The notes under the pieces are model-generated. The model was not told the origin of the DNA. It did no database searches and saw only the letters and a program-made list of their open reading frames with translations. Shown here piece after piece: positions 1-9,135 of a stretch of 64,000 nucleotides of DNA. Source of the DNA: Thermoproteota archaeon (GTDB lineage Archaea; Korarchaeota; Korarchaeia; Korarchaeales; Korarchaeaceae); assembly GCA_027492205.1 (NCBI GenBank), contig JAOZFN010000010.1:61924-125923 (forward strand). Direction: 5' to 3'. Position 1 is the stretch's first letter, and each line of letters opens with the position of its first letter. Made by a program: the position numbers and the translations under genes.

Positions 1-263
1 CTGTCGCTGTAGAAGATCACGTCGATGTTCGCCACCCAAGGCGGGAGGTTCGCCACCTCGTACCGTATGCCCGAGTCCAAGGCGAGCTTAGACGCGAGCA
101 CTACGACGGACTGCACGACCCACATCGACACAAGGATTTTCAGGCTGGACGCCCGCCCTAGCTTGACGTAGAGCTCCTTGCTTCCGATGAATGCCCCTCT
201 CAGGTACTCGCTGAACGTGTAGAAGGCCTCGGCTCCCAGCAGCCCCTCGCCCTCGGCATCCAC
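1..263 (-). CDS. Partial hypothetical membrane protein (runs off left edge)
   Basis: Manual translation from GTG at 263: MDAEGEGLLGAEAFYTFSEYLRGAF...KILVSMWVVQSVVVLASK..., open to position 1, one hydrophobic segment; 30 bp downstream of the protease gene on the same strand. Confidence 0.55.
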   Translation of the reverse strand, partial: MDAEGEGLLGAEAFYTFSEYLRGAFIGSKELYVKLGRASSLKILVSMWVVQSVVVLASKLALDSGIRYEVANLPPWVANIDVIFYSD

Positions 264-293
264 ACGGTGCCCGAGACGATCGCGGAAAAAAGG

Positions 294-1943
294 TTAACGA
301 TCAGTTCCGAACAGAATCCAAGCCCCCCTGAGGGGGTTGAAGTTCCAAATCAGGTCTTGCGAGCAGTTGAGGCACATCCACACTGGGTCGTACGAGTACC
401 CCTCGTCCCTCAACACCGACTCCCTGAAGAAGGCCAGGGCCTCCAGAATGCCGGCCCTCCCGGCGCCTCCCGGGAGATAGTAGTCCGGGTAGGAGAGGGC
501 AAAGGCGAGGAACTCGACTATTCGCGCGTACTCCCCGTCTATCAGCTGTCCCCTCGACGTGGTCGCTATGATCAGGGCCTGGCTGAGCCCCGACACCTCG
601 CGCGCGAAGTCTTCAGCTTCGCAGCCGTTCAAGAGGAGGACGAGCTTGCCGTAGCTCAGGTTGGCCAGCGCCCTCGATAGATACTCCGCAGTCAGGTTCC
701 CAGGGTCGAGGTCGACCCAGTCCCACCCTGCGCCGTGATGGGCGTCTATGACCACGAAGACGATGTCGTTCGGGTCCGACGGGAGGGAGGCGATGGCATG
801 AAGGGCCCTCTCCACGTCCTCCTCGGTCTGGATTATCAGGTCCGGGTAGATCAACCCGGCCGAGGGGGCCTTCCTCCTCCGGCCCCAGGGGACGTCGGAC
901 ATGTACATGCCGACTTGGAAGGGGCCAGCCCAGCCCCTGGAGAGGTGCGTCCAGTACAGGGCCGTGGCGTCAAGTCCCTCCTCGGTTCGGAGGGACGTCT
1001 GGCTGACGATGAGGAGTATGCTGTCCTCGCCGTAGCCGTGCCTCTTCGCGAGGTGGTAGAGCATGAGAGAGCCGCCGGCCCCTATCCTGCCTCCCTGAAT
1101 TATCACGAGATACCTCTGGGACCTCCCGTAGAGCGCGTTAAGTCTCGGATTGTCCAGATCGTTCATGGGATCAGTTCCAGCCTCCAGCTCCTCAAGGTTG
1201 GAGAAGCCATCCGAGTCCACGTCTCCGCGCAGGACCTCACCTCCCAACAGGCCCGACTGGCACAGGTCCACGACGTAGTAGAAGGGGAGCGCCTCCAGGG
1301 CGAGCAGAGCGGACGTCTCTCCGTCGTCGACCACCCCGTCGCTCAACACGGCATCCACAACCCTCGAAACGCAGCCGCGCGTCTCTTCCACAGCGAAGAG
1401 TCTAGAGTATTCTGGAGGAGGTCCGCGCAGGATACCCTCCACGACCCTGACAAGGGCCCACTCTCCTTCCTCCATCCTCCCGTCTGCCTCGAGCCGAGAC
1501 AGCATTCGATAGACCCACCTCTCCATCCCCGTGTGGATGGCGAAGGATAGGAGGGGGCTGGCCGAGAGCGGGTTGCCACCCCAGCTGAACTCGTCCCCGT
1601 CGCAGATCCCATCTCCATCCGTGTCCCAGAGTACGGGGGAGGTTCCAATCTTCACTTCGAAGCCGTCCATCAGCCCGTCTAGGTCCGTGTCGAACTTTCC
1701 CACCTTTGTCCTGTAGACCAGCTCCTCCAGCGCGTCGGCGAGCATGTCGTCATCTCTGTCCACCAGACCGAACGTGAGTGTGGTCAGGCTGTCCAGCTGA
1801 CTCAGCAGGAGCGCAAATGACAGGAGAGCACTTAGTCTCTTGGCCCTCGTCCTCCAGCGGATCAACCTCAGCGCGCTCAGAAGGCACGGGGGTGAACATA
1901 ACGATTTGCCCCAGACCAAAGCGGTCCTCCAGGCCTGATTCAA
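294..1943 (-). CDS. Secreted/membrane-anchored clan CD (C13 legumain-like, caspase-hemoglobinase fold) cysteine peptidase with TSP3-like Ca-binding repeats
   Basis: N-terminal hydrophobic helix; DxDxDG repeats (DTDLDGLMDGFE, DTDGDGICDGDE, DVDSDGFSNLEE); C-terminal IVFVVIDAHHG and LVLLLNGCEA match the His/Cys dyad contexts of C13 peptidases; true start may be downstream of 1943. Confidence 0.7.
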   Translation of the reverse strand: MNQAWRTALVWGKSLCSPPCLLSALRLIRWRTRAKRLSALLSFALLLSQLDSLTTLTFGLVDRDDDMLADALEELVYRTKVGKFDTDLDGLMDGFEVKIGTSPVLWDTDGDGICDGDEFSWGGNPLSASPLLSFAIHTGMERWVYRMLSRLEADGRMEEGEWALVRVVEGILRGPPPEYSRLFAVEETRGCVSRVVDAVLSDGVVDDGETSALLALEALPFYYVVDLCQSGLLGGEVLRGDVDSDGFSNLEELEAGTDPMNDLDNPRLNALYGRSQRYLVIIQGGRIGAGGSLMLYHLAKRHGYGEDSILLIVSQTSLRTEEGLDATALYWTHLSRGWAGPFQVGMYMSDVPWGRRRKAPSAGLIYPDLIIQTEEDVERALHAIASLPSDPNDIVFVVIDAHHGAGWDWVDLDPGNLTAEYLSRALANLSYGKLVLLLNGCEAEDFAREVSGLSQALIIATTSRGQLIDGEYARIVEFLAFALSYPDYYLPGGAGRAGILEALAFFRESVLRDEGYSYDPVWMCLNCSQDLIWNFNPLRGAWILFGTDR

Positions 1944-2085
1944 CGAACTCGCGCGGGCCCCAAGGTGGGCGATCCCACAACCCGCCTCTAGGCCCCCCGG
2001 GCGACGCCGTGGTCAGGTGCCAGTTGAAAGCCTCCGCTATACAAGAGGGGACGTCTCGAGGATGTAGGGTAGGTGTTGATTCCTG

Positions 2086-2110
2086 ACTAAAATCTTTAAT
2101 TAATTGATAA
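2086..2110 (+). promoter_or_regulatory. Archaeal BRE/TATA promoter of the 7TM-longin-GTPase operon
   Basis: AT-rich island CTAAAATCTTTAATTAATTGATAA about 40-55 bp upstream of starts at 2143/2152. Confidence 0.55.
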
Positions 2111-2142
2111 AGCAGAACGTTTGACGTACTCTCTTAGCTCTG

Positions 2143-2756
2143 GTGTGGTTCATGTTGGGCTTGAGCTTGTTGTGGAGGGTGGTGGCTTGGGAGTTCCTAG
2201 TGGCAGCCGCCGCCTATCTCCTAATGGCCGTCACAACCGGTCTTTCACCTAAGAAGTCCCCGCAGGTGGGATTCTTTGCACTTGGCTTTGTCTTTCTGTC
2301 GCTGGCCATGGCCGCCAGGTTCGTCTCCCTGTTTCTCCCCCCCCCGCCGTCAGGTGGAAGCTGACAATACCCTCTGGGGCCCTAGTCTTCATGTCGGCTT
2401 CGGCCCTCCTCAGCGGGTTCACCAGGCCCTCGTCAAGGCCGATTGCCGAGGCTGGGGTGATCGTTGCCGGGACCGCGGTACTGGCAATGGCTGGCAACGA
2501 TCCCTCCGGTCTGTCCCTGATTGAGTTCTGCTACGGCGTCGTATTCCTCATCCTGTTCGCCCTAGCGGCCCGGGTTTACTCAAAGTCTGGCCTGTCCACC
2601 CACCTCTTTCTAGCCTTGGGGCTTTTGCTGGTGGGCCTGTCCGGCCTGTTGCCCGCGATCACCCTCCCGCTCCTGTCTCACGCTCGTCTCCTCCTGACGG
2701 CCTCCCTTCACCTGGGCGCCGCCGTGTCATTCGTGTGGGCGCTCGCGGGGGTCTGA
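2143..2756 (+). CDS. 7-TM membrane protein (putative receptor/sensor), split by a 1-nt frameshift in a C9 tract
   Basis: ORFs 2143-2364 and 2391-2756 fuse if C9 at 2337-2345 is C10 (..SLFLPPPAVRWKLTIPSGALVFMSAS..), giving about 204 aa with seven hydrophobic segments. Confidence 0.7.
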
Positions 2757-2758
2757 GA

Positions 2759-3175
2759 ATGGGCCTGAGGGACGTCTACGTCTTCGAGGATCGCACGGGT
2801 AGGCTGGTGTTTGCCAAGTCGTACGGGAGTCTCAGGGGGGACGAGGATCTAATCTCAGGGTTCCTGTCCTCGATTCAAAACTTCCTCGCCGAGGTCGCGG
2901 AGGACGAGATAAAGGAAATCTCGGGAAGGAGGTTCAGGTTCCTGTTTAAGAGGGCGGGAGACTGCGTTGTTTGCGTCGTCGTTGACGGTAGCGAGGGCTC
3001 CGAGTCGTCCAAGAGGCTGCTGGACAGCGTTGCCAAGGCCTTCTTGAAGGCCAGCAGGGTGGCCGGTCTCAGGCGGCTGGATCAGTTCGAGAAGAAGTGC
3101 GACGAGATAGCGGAGAGCTGGGGGAAGCTGGTCAGATGGAGTGAGGCTCTAGACCAGCTCGATGAATGGGGGTGA
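2759..3175 (+). CDS. Longin-domain protein
   Basis: VYVFEDRTGRLVFAKSY...DEDLISGFLSSIQNFLAEV..EIKEI..: beta-beta-alpha-beta-beta-beta-alpha-alpha pattern typical of archaeal longin domains; ATG 2 nt after the 7TM stop. Confidence 0.8.
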   Translation: MGLRDVYVFEDRTGRLVFAKSYGSLRGDEDLISGFLSSIQNFLAEVAEDEIKEISGRRFRFLFKRAGDCVVCVVVDGSEGSESSKRLLDSVAKAFLKASRVAGLRRLDQFEKKCDEIAESWGKLVRWSEALDQLDEWG

Positions 3176-3878
3176 GACCCTGGGCCTCAGCGCCATAGAA
3201 CTCCTCGAGTCCCTCCTACCAGAGTTCGTCTCAGCGGTTACGGAGGCTCTCAAATCACTCGGCCTCTCCCCCGGGGATCAGCTGGACGACGATCACCTCA
3301 CGCAGATTTTCAGGGAAGTCTCCCGGTCTCTCGGTAAGGCGAGAGCTTACCAGGCGCTCCGCGAGGCGGGCGTAGTGAGGGGGATCACCAGGGTGAAGGC
3401 ATTCGTGGTGGGAGACGCCGCGGTGGGGAAGACGACGTTCTGCGTCAAGCTGGCGACGGGAAGGTTCAAAGAGGAGTACAAGATGACGGTTGGGGTCGAC
3501 TTCTACACGCTAGACCTGATAAGCGGTGGCAGGCTTGTGAAGCTTGTGCTCTGGGACCTAGCGGGCCAGGAGAGGTTCGGCCTGGTGAGACCGAATTTCT
3601 ACGCCGGATCCAGCGGGGGTTTCATTGCATTCGCCTTGGACAGGCCCGAGACCCTTCGCAGCGTGCCGGGGTGGGTCAGGGAGATAGAGGAGAACGTGGG
3701 AAGGAGGGTTCCGGCCGTTCTGATCGGCACCAAGCTGGACCTCTCCCCGAGTCTTCTCGAGGCCTCGAACATCGCCGAGGAACTGGACCTGGTGGGCTAC
3801 GTGCCCGTGGGCTCAAAGACCGGAGAGAACCTCATGAGAGCCGTCAGGATGCTCATTTCGGCCTGCGTCAACATCTAG
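3162..3878 (+). CDS. Rab/Ras-like small GTPase with about 75-aa helical N-terminal extension
   Basis: G1 GDAAVGKT, G2 YKMTVGVDF, G3 WDLAGQERF, G4 TKLD, G5 GSKTG; overlaps the longin stop by 14 nt. Confidence 0.92.
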   Translation: MNGGETLGLSAIELLESLLPEFVSAVTEALKSLGLSPGDQLDDDHLTQIFREVSRSLGKARAYQALREAGVVRGITRVKAFVVGDAAVGKTTFCVKLATGRFKEEYKMTVGVDFYTLDLISGGRLVKLVLWDLAGQERFGLVRPNFYAGSSGGFIAFALDRPETLRSVPGWVREIEENVGRRVPAVLIGTKLDLSPSLLEASNIAEELDLVGYVPVGSKTGENLMRAVRMLISACVNI

Positions 3879-3879
3879 A

Positions 3880-5181
3880 TTACTTCCTCCTACTCTCCTC
3901 GACGAATAGTGCGAACACCGCCAGGGCGGCCATGCCTATAGCAGATCCGATCCAGAAGGAGACCGAGATGCCCGGCAGGACGGCCCCCAGGATGTGGATC
4001 TCCCTACCTTGGCAGGACCTGTAGAGGTACCCGCCCAGTATCGGACCGATCACGGCCCCGACGTTGAAGGCAGCTTGCACGGTCCCGAATACCTTACCCC
4101 TCATGCTCTCGGGTACTAGGTCTGCCTGCAGAGCCCTCATGACCGGCTGAAAGGAGTTGAACGCCACGGACCTAGCGGTAGCCAGCGCGGTGAGATCCCT
4201 CACACTCTTGGCTATTGGGATCAGGGCCGTCATGACCCTAGAGGTGAAGCCCCCCGCTATCACTATGGCCTTCCTGCCCACGGCGTCCGAGAGCCTCCCA
4301 GCTGGGTATGCCGCGAGCATCCCCACCAGCCCAGATATTGTGGTGATCGCGGCCAAAGCGGCCGGATCCGCGTCAACGTACTGGACAACGAACAGCCCCA
4401 TCAGGGGCCCCGAGAACCCCATGGCTATTCCATTCGCCACGGCCATGAGGTAAATCGCGTTTATGCTCCTCCGGACGGAGGGATCGACCTCCCGATCCTC
4501 CGACTCCCACCCCCTGTGAGACGCCGGAAGGATCTCTCTCCTTGGCCCGACACGGGGTTCTCTGAGCAGGAGGGCTGCGGGGAGTCCGAGCAGGGAGAAA
4601 AGTGTCAAGAAGAGGAAGGGAAACTTGAGGGCCCTCTCGACGTCTCTGATTCCCAGGTAGAAGACTCCGAACTTGTAGGCCGTCACCCCGAGGGCCGGGC
4701 CGGTGATGAACGCCAGGTTGGTCGCGACCATGTACACCGCCATGGCCCTCCCCCTCCTCTCGCTCCCCGTCGAGTCCATCAGGAGGGCCTCGGCCACCGG
4801 CCAGACCATGGCTGAGGCGACTCCCTGAAGGCCCCTGATGAGGTAGAGCTGGTTGAGGCTGTTCGCCAGCAAGTATCCGAGGGAGAGGAGGACGTACATG
4901 ATCGAGCCAGATGCTATGAGCTTCTTCCTCCCAACCTTGTCGCTCAGGGATCCAAAGTATCGGGCCAGGAACGCCCTGGTCAGCATGAATGCCGATATGA
5001 GGGTGCCATACTCCACCGCGTAGCTCCCCGCCCCGCCAATCGTTCCAAGGGTCTCCGGAAGCTCTCTAAGCTCTCCGACGAGATACAGCATGTAGTATGG
5101 TATTATTCCCATGATGGCGCCGTAGCCTAGGCTGATGACGAACGCGAGCCAGGAGAGGAGGGTGAGATTTCGTCTGTACAA
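3880..5181 (-). CDS. MFS transporter
   Basis: 12-TM pattern, motif A twice (GSLSDKVGRK, GRLSDAVGRK); TTG start at 5181 follows an AT-rich promoter element. Confidence 0.9.
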   Translation of the reverse strand: MYRRNLTLLSWLAFVISLGYGAIMGIIPYYMLYLVGELRELPETLGTIGGAGSYAVEYGTLISAFMLTRAFLARYFGSLSDKVGRKKLIASGSIMYVLLSLGYLLANSLNQLYLIRGLQGVASAMVWPVAEALLMDSTGSERRGRAMAVYMVATNLAFITGPALGVTAYKFGVFYLGIRDVERALKFPFLFLTLFSLLGLPAALLLREPRVGPRREILPASHRGWESEDREVDPSVRRSINAIYLMAVANGIAMGFSGPLMGLFVVQYVDADPAALAAITTISGLVGMLAAYPAGRLSDAVGRKAIVIAGGFTSRVMTALIPIAKSVRDLTALATARSVAFNSFQPVMRALQADLVPESMRGKVFGTVQAAFNVGAVIGPILGGYLYRSCQGREIHILGAVLPGISVSFWIGSAIGMAALAVFALFVEESRRK

Positions 5182-5485
5182 GCTCGCGGGCCCTTCTGAA
5201 CGGGAGTTAATATTTCTTACTGAACGTGACCCAGCGGACAGCCCGCGGACCCCGAGACGCGCTTTAACTGAGATGAATCCGCGACCATTTGGAGTCACAT
5301 CAGATCAATACTCTCCCATTTTAGAGGCGAGCGGTTCAGCGCCCCCGGGGTTCGGGTGAATTCTGGATCAAACCGAGGCGCCGGACCTAGAGGCACTGTC
5401 TGTCGATTTCGACCGATTTGGTAAAGAAGTTTTTCCAGATTAGTTTAAATAGTGAAAAGAGGTAAGCACACGTGAAGTAATCGGA

Positions 5486-6823
5486 ATGAGTGAGGAAGGC
5501 GAGGTTGCGGGCGCGCCCCGCAGGGTGAGCCTCGGGGTAGACCCGCTTGACTTGTTGTTGGATGGGGTTCAGCCTGGATCGATTCTAACAATGTTAGGGC
5601 CGCCAGGATCTGGGGCGAGCACACTAGCCGTGGAATTCATGCTAAAAGACGTCGAGAGGGGGGAGAGGGCCGCGGTTCTCCTGACCACTCGGAGAACCTG
5701 GGAGCTCCTGAGGATCGCCGAGGCCTACGGGCAGGAACTGAAGAAGGGGTTGGACGGCAGGCTGATCAAGGTCGTGGAGATCGAAAACCCGTTCGCTCAG
5801 AGCGAAGTGAACGAGGTCCTGGTCGAGTTCTTCACGGCCCTTGAGGAGTTCAAGCCTAGCCGCGTCTACGTAGACGTGATAGACCCCCTCCTAGTGACCC
5901 TCGGACGAAGGGGTCTGATGTCGGGGCTCATAGGGCCGTTGATCGAACTCTCCCGCAGAAAGAAGCTTCTGACGCTCATCAGATGTGCGACGCCTAGGAC
6001 GTACTCTCTCCTCTCCCAGTTCTCGACGGGGGCCTTTAGACTGGAGTGGAGCCCCGAGACGAGGGAGGGGGGTAGCCTGAGGAAGCTGGTGCTGGACAAC
6101 CTCCGCGACATCCCGCACCTAGAGTCCTCGACCGAGTTTAAGTTAATTCCAGGGGACGGGATAAGGGCGATAAGGCCTGGAGAACTCCCTGAGTGGCTGG
6201 AGCGAATCCCCTCGGGACTCCCAGATCTGGACTCCGCCATCGGAGGCGGATACCCCTCGGGCTCGATGGTGCTGATCTCCGGCGGCTCTGGCTCCGGGAA
6301 GACCCTCCTCGCCCTCAAGTCCTCCGCGATTCTATCCAGTCGAGGACTGCGGGTTCTCTTCGTCAGCTTCGCGGAAGGTTCAGAGGACATCCTCAGGAGG
6401 GTCCGATCCCTTGGAGACGAGGTGACCGACTTCAGGGCCGTGGGAGCCGATCCCTCCATCGGATCCGTTGCGAGGCACATTCAGGAGCTGAAGGGGGCTC
6501 TCACTGAGCACAGCCCAGACGTCGTGGTCGTGGACGCCTTGGAACTCATGGTCTCCCTGCTGGACAGGTGGGAGGAGGGCCTGAGGTACCTGAGATTTCT
6601 GAGGGGGTGGGTCAGGGATTCAAAGGGACTGGCAGTCGTGTCGACAGGTAAGAATTCCTTTGTGGAGCTTGCCAGCCCACTGTTCGACGTCTCGCTGGAG
6701 CTGGAGGTCCTAGAGGTGGGCGACCGCCTCGTGAGGACGCTCAAGGTTCGGAAGGTGTCCTACGGTGGTGGGTCGGCGAGGAGGATACCCCTCTCCAGCT
6801 TAGACGGGTCAGGCCCGAGGTAG
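5486..6823 (+). CDS. KaiC/RAD55-like double-domain RecA-fold ATPase
   Basis: Two RecA domains: degenerate GPPGSGAS and intact GGSGSGKT; RIPSGLPDLDSAIGGG; R-x-L-x-V-x-K ends; TTTAAAT promoter at about 5444. Confidence 0.88.
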   Translation: MSEEGEVAGAPRRVSLGVDPLDLLLDGVQPGSILTMLGPPGSGASTLAVEFMLKDVERGERAAVLLTTRRTWELLRIAEAYGQELKKGLDGRLIKVVEIENPFAQSEVNEVLVEFFTALEEFKPSRVYVDVIDPLLVTLGRRGLMSGLIGPLIELSRRKKLLTLIRCATPRTYSLLSQFSTGAFRLEWSPETREGGSLRKLVLDNLRDIPHLESSTEFKLIPGDGIRAIRPGELPEWLERIPSGLPDLDSAIGGGYPSGSMVLISGGSGSGKTLLALKSSAILSSRGLRVLFVSFAEGSEDILRRVRSLGDEVTDFRAVGADPSIGSVARHIQELKGALTEHSPDVVVVDALELMVSLLDRWEEGLRYLRFLRGWVRDSKGLAVVSTGKNSFVELASPLFDVSLELEVLEVGDRLVRTLKVRKVSYGGGSARRIPLSSLDGSGPR

Positions 6824-6863
6824 TCGATCAAACCTTTATCCTGATCCGGGCTAATGGCCGCAC

Positions 6864-7634
6864 GTGCTCGGAGATCGAATTCTAGGCGTGCTTGGTGGAA
6901 TGGGGCCTGAGGCCACGGCGTACTTCATTTCCCTGATTACGGAACTCACCCCCGCCGAGAGGGACCAAGACCACATCCCCATGGTGGTGATCAGCGACCC
7001 CAAGATCCCAGACAGGAGCGAGGCCATCCTGAGCGGGGGTCCGAGCCCGGTAGGCAGGGCCCTCCAGGACCTCCGCATATTGGAGAGCCTGGGGGTGGAG
7101 CTGGTGGCGATCCCGTGCAACACGTTCTTCCACTTCTACGAGGAGGTTGCCCGGGGCACCCCCTTAGAGATAGTTCACATGCCCCGCCTGACGGCCGAGC
7201 TCCTCGCGGACGCCGGAGTTCGGGCGGTCGGCCTCTTGGGAACGACTGGACTAGTCAAGTCGGGTCTCTACCAGAGGCTCCTGGCGGACAGGGGGGTAGA
7301 GGTGGTCCTTCCTGACGAGCAGACGCAGGCCGAGGTGATGAGGGCGATATACGAGATCAAGGCGGGCCGAAAGTCGGGAGCGAGGCTGGCCCTGATCCGC
7401 GCGTCCCGTAGGCTCTTGGATCGTGGAGCCCAGCTGATCGTCGAGGGCTGCACCGAGGTCCCCCTCGTGCTCAGGGGCGAGCCCCTCCCCCTGCTGGATC
7501 CGATGGAGGTGATGGGCAGGGCGTGCGTGGACAGGTTCAAGGGCACGGCACTGCTGACCGAGCTGAGGGCCGAGCTTGCGGAGAGAGTCTCTCGAGCGCC
7601 GACCAGAGGGCTCTCCGGTGCTCCTCCCCGATGA
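6864..7634 (+). CDS. Aspartate/amino-acid racemase
   Basis: GVLGGMGPEAT, DQDH, catalytic PCNT and GCTE motifs. Confidence 0.92.
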   Translation: MLGDRILGVLGGMGPEATAYFISLITELTPAERDQDHIPMVVISDPKIPDRSEAILSGGPSPVGRALQDLRILESLGVELVAIPCNTFFHFYEEVARGTPLEIVHMPRLTAELLADAGVRAVGLLGTTGLVKSGLYQRLLADRGVEVVLPDEQTQAEVMRAIYEIKAGRKSGARLALIRASRRLLDRGAQLIVEGCTEVPLVLRGEPLPLLDPMEVMGRACVDRFKGTALLTELRAELAERVSRAPTRGLSGAPPR

Positions 7635-8076
7635 AGGTCACCCTCTGGAGCCTGCCGGCGTAAACCTCGGGCACCTCTCGGGACTTGCAGCCAGGTCCTA
7701 GGGATATCGGGATGGTCTCGGCGAGGCTCCCCAGCTCCCTGGCCCCCCTCTCGGAGTAGGCGTCGCAGGCCATACCCACAACCGCGTCGGGCCTCAAGAG
7801 TTCCACGATCTGAGCCACCTCGTCGTAGCTTACAACTATCTTGACAAGTACGTCGATTCCCAGCTCTCTCGCGCGGAGAGCCAGTCTCACGACGTCCCGA
7901 ACGCCGCAACCCTCCTCCGCGCACAACTCGCCTAGGCAGATGGAGTTGAGCCTCCTGATGCCCCTGCGGGGATCCACTGCGGGACACTTGGGAGACTTAG
8001 CGCAGGCGGGAACCAGCACAAGCACCTTGGGCAGCGGAACCACCGCCGAATATCGGATTGAGAAGCGAAACTCCAT
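7537..8076 (-). CDS. DUF116-like Cys-rich protein
   Basis: LVLVPAC...KC, C..C..CGV, DAVVGMAC, PI.L..GC pattern; likely ATG at 8076. Confidence 0.65.
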   Translation of the reverse strand: MEFRFSIRYSAVVPLPKVLVLVPACAKSPKCPAVDPRRGIRRLNSICLGELCAEEGCGVRDVVRLALRARELGIDVLVKIVVSYDEVAQIVELLRPDAVVGMACDAYSERGARELGSLAETIPISLGPGCKSREVPEVYAGRLQRVTFIGEEHRRALWSALERLSPQARPSARSAVPCP

Positions 8077-8248
8077 GCCGACAGACGATTCTTTTCGTAG
8101 GCGTCTCAGCGCGCAGACTCCTCCTAACTTCGCGTGCTGCGCGCGGCGGGCGCCATGGGGTGACGCCACTGTCTGCCTTTTTTTTGGGTTATGTGGGTCG
8201 GTGAGAGCAGCGATGCAGACGTCTCCAACCGCCCCAGGGGCCCTTCCA

Positions 8249-9135
8249 ATGAGGTTTCGTGCAGCTGCGGCCGCGATCTTGATCGCGCTGTTGACGGCCA
8301 CTTTGGGGCCATTTGCGGTCCCGGTCCAGTCAGAGAACCCCCAGTATCAGTCATGGTTCGGCTGTTTTCCGACGGCTGGGCCGACGTGGAACTCTCCGTC
8401 AACCTAACGAAGGCAGAGGCGTTCACAGTCCTCCCGCTGATGGGGGATCCCGAGGCCCTGCTGGCGGTGGACGAGGACATGTCTCCCCTCAACTACTCCC
8501 TGGAGCACGGCTCCATCCTAATCGCTACCATGGGGTCTCAGAGGGTCACGGTCTTCTACCAGACTCCCTCGCTCACGGCGAAGTCAGGAGGCGTCTGGAA
8601 CGTTACCGTATCACCCAACGTCGCCTCGTGGATAGCGATCACCCTACCCAATGGGCCACAGTCGTAGGTCTCTCCGACGTCCCCGAGAGGGTTGAGTCGG
8701 AAGGGGGGAGGATAACTCTCGCGTTCGTCTCGGACTCTGTGTGGGTCTCCTACGTGATCCCACCCCCCGGTCGAGTCGGGTCGAGGGACGGCCAGGTCGG
8801 GCTCGGGGGCAACCGAGGGTGCGGTTCAGCGGGCCTCTTGGTGGGTTCCCGCGGCGGGCCTGGCCGCGGCAGCGGGGGTTGGAGCTGCGATCGCGCTGTC
8901 AACTCGGAATCGCCGAAGACCCTCCCCCGCGGGCGAGATGGACTCCACCGACGCGGCCAACTCGAGGGCCTCGCCCGCATTGGGGGAGAGGCGTACCAGG
9001 CCGACCTGATAAAGTCCCTCGGGCTGCCGAGTCCACCGTCTGGAGGCGAATTAGGAGGCTGGCCGAGGTGGGACACGTGGAGAGCTCAGGGACGGGAAGA
9101 GGGGTAAGATCGTGAGGCTCAGACGAGCGGAGTGA
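8249..9135 (+). pseudogene. Multiply frameshifted COG2512-like protein (signal peptide, extracellular beta domain, TM, C-terminal wHTH)
   Basis: Pieces in three frames: MRFRAAAAAILIALL.. / DGWADV..YQTPSLTAK.GVW / VVGLSDVP / GGEAYQADLIKSLGLP / STVWRRIRRL; shifts at C5 (8338), G3 (about 8653), A (about 9029) and elsewhere. Confidence 0.7.
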
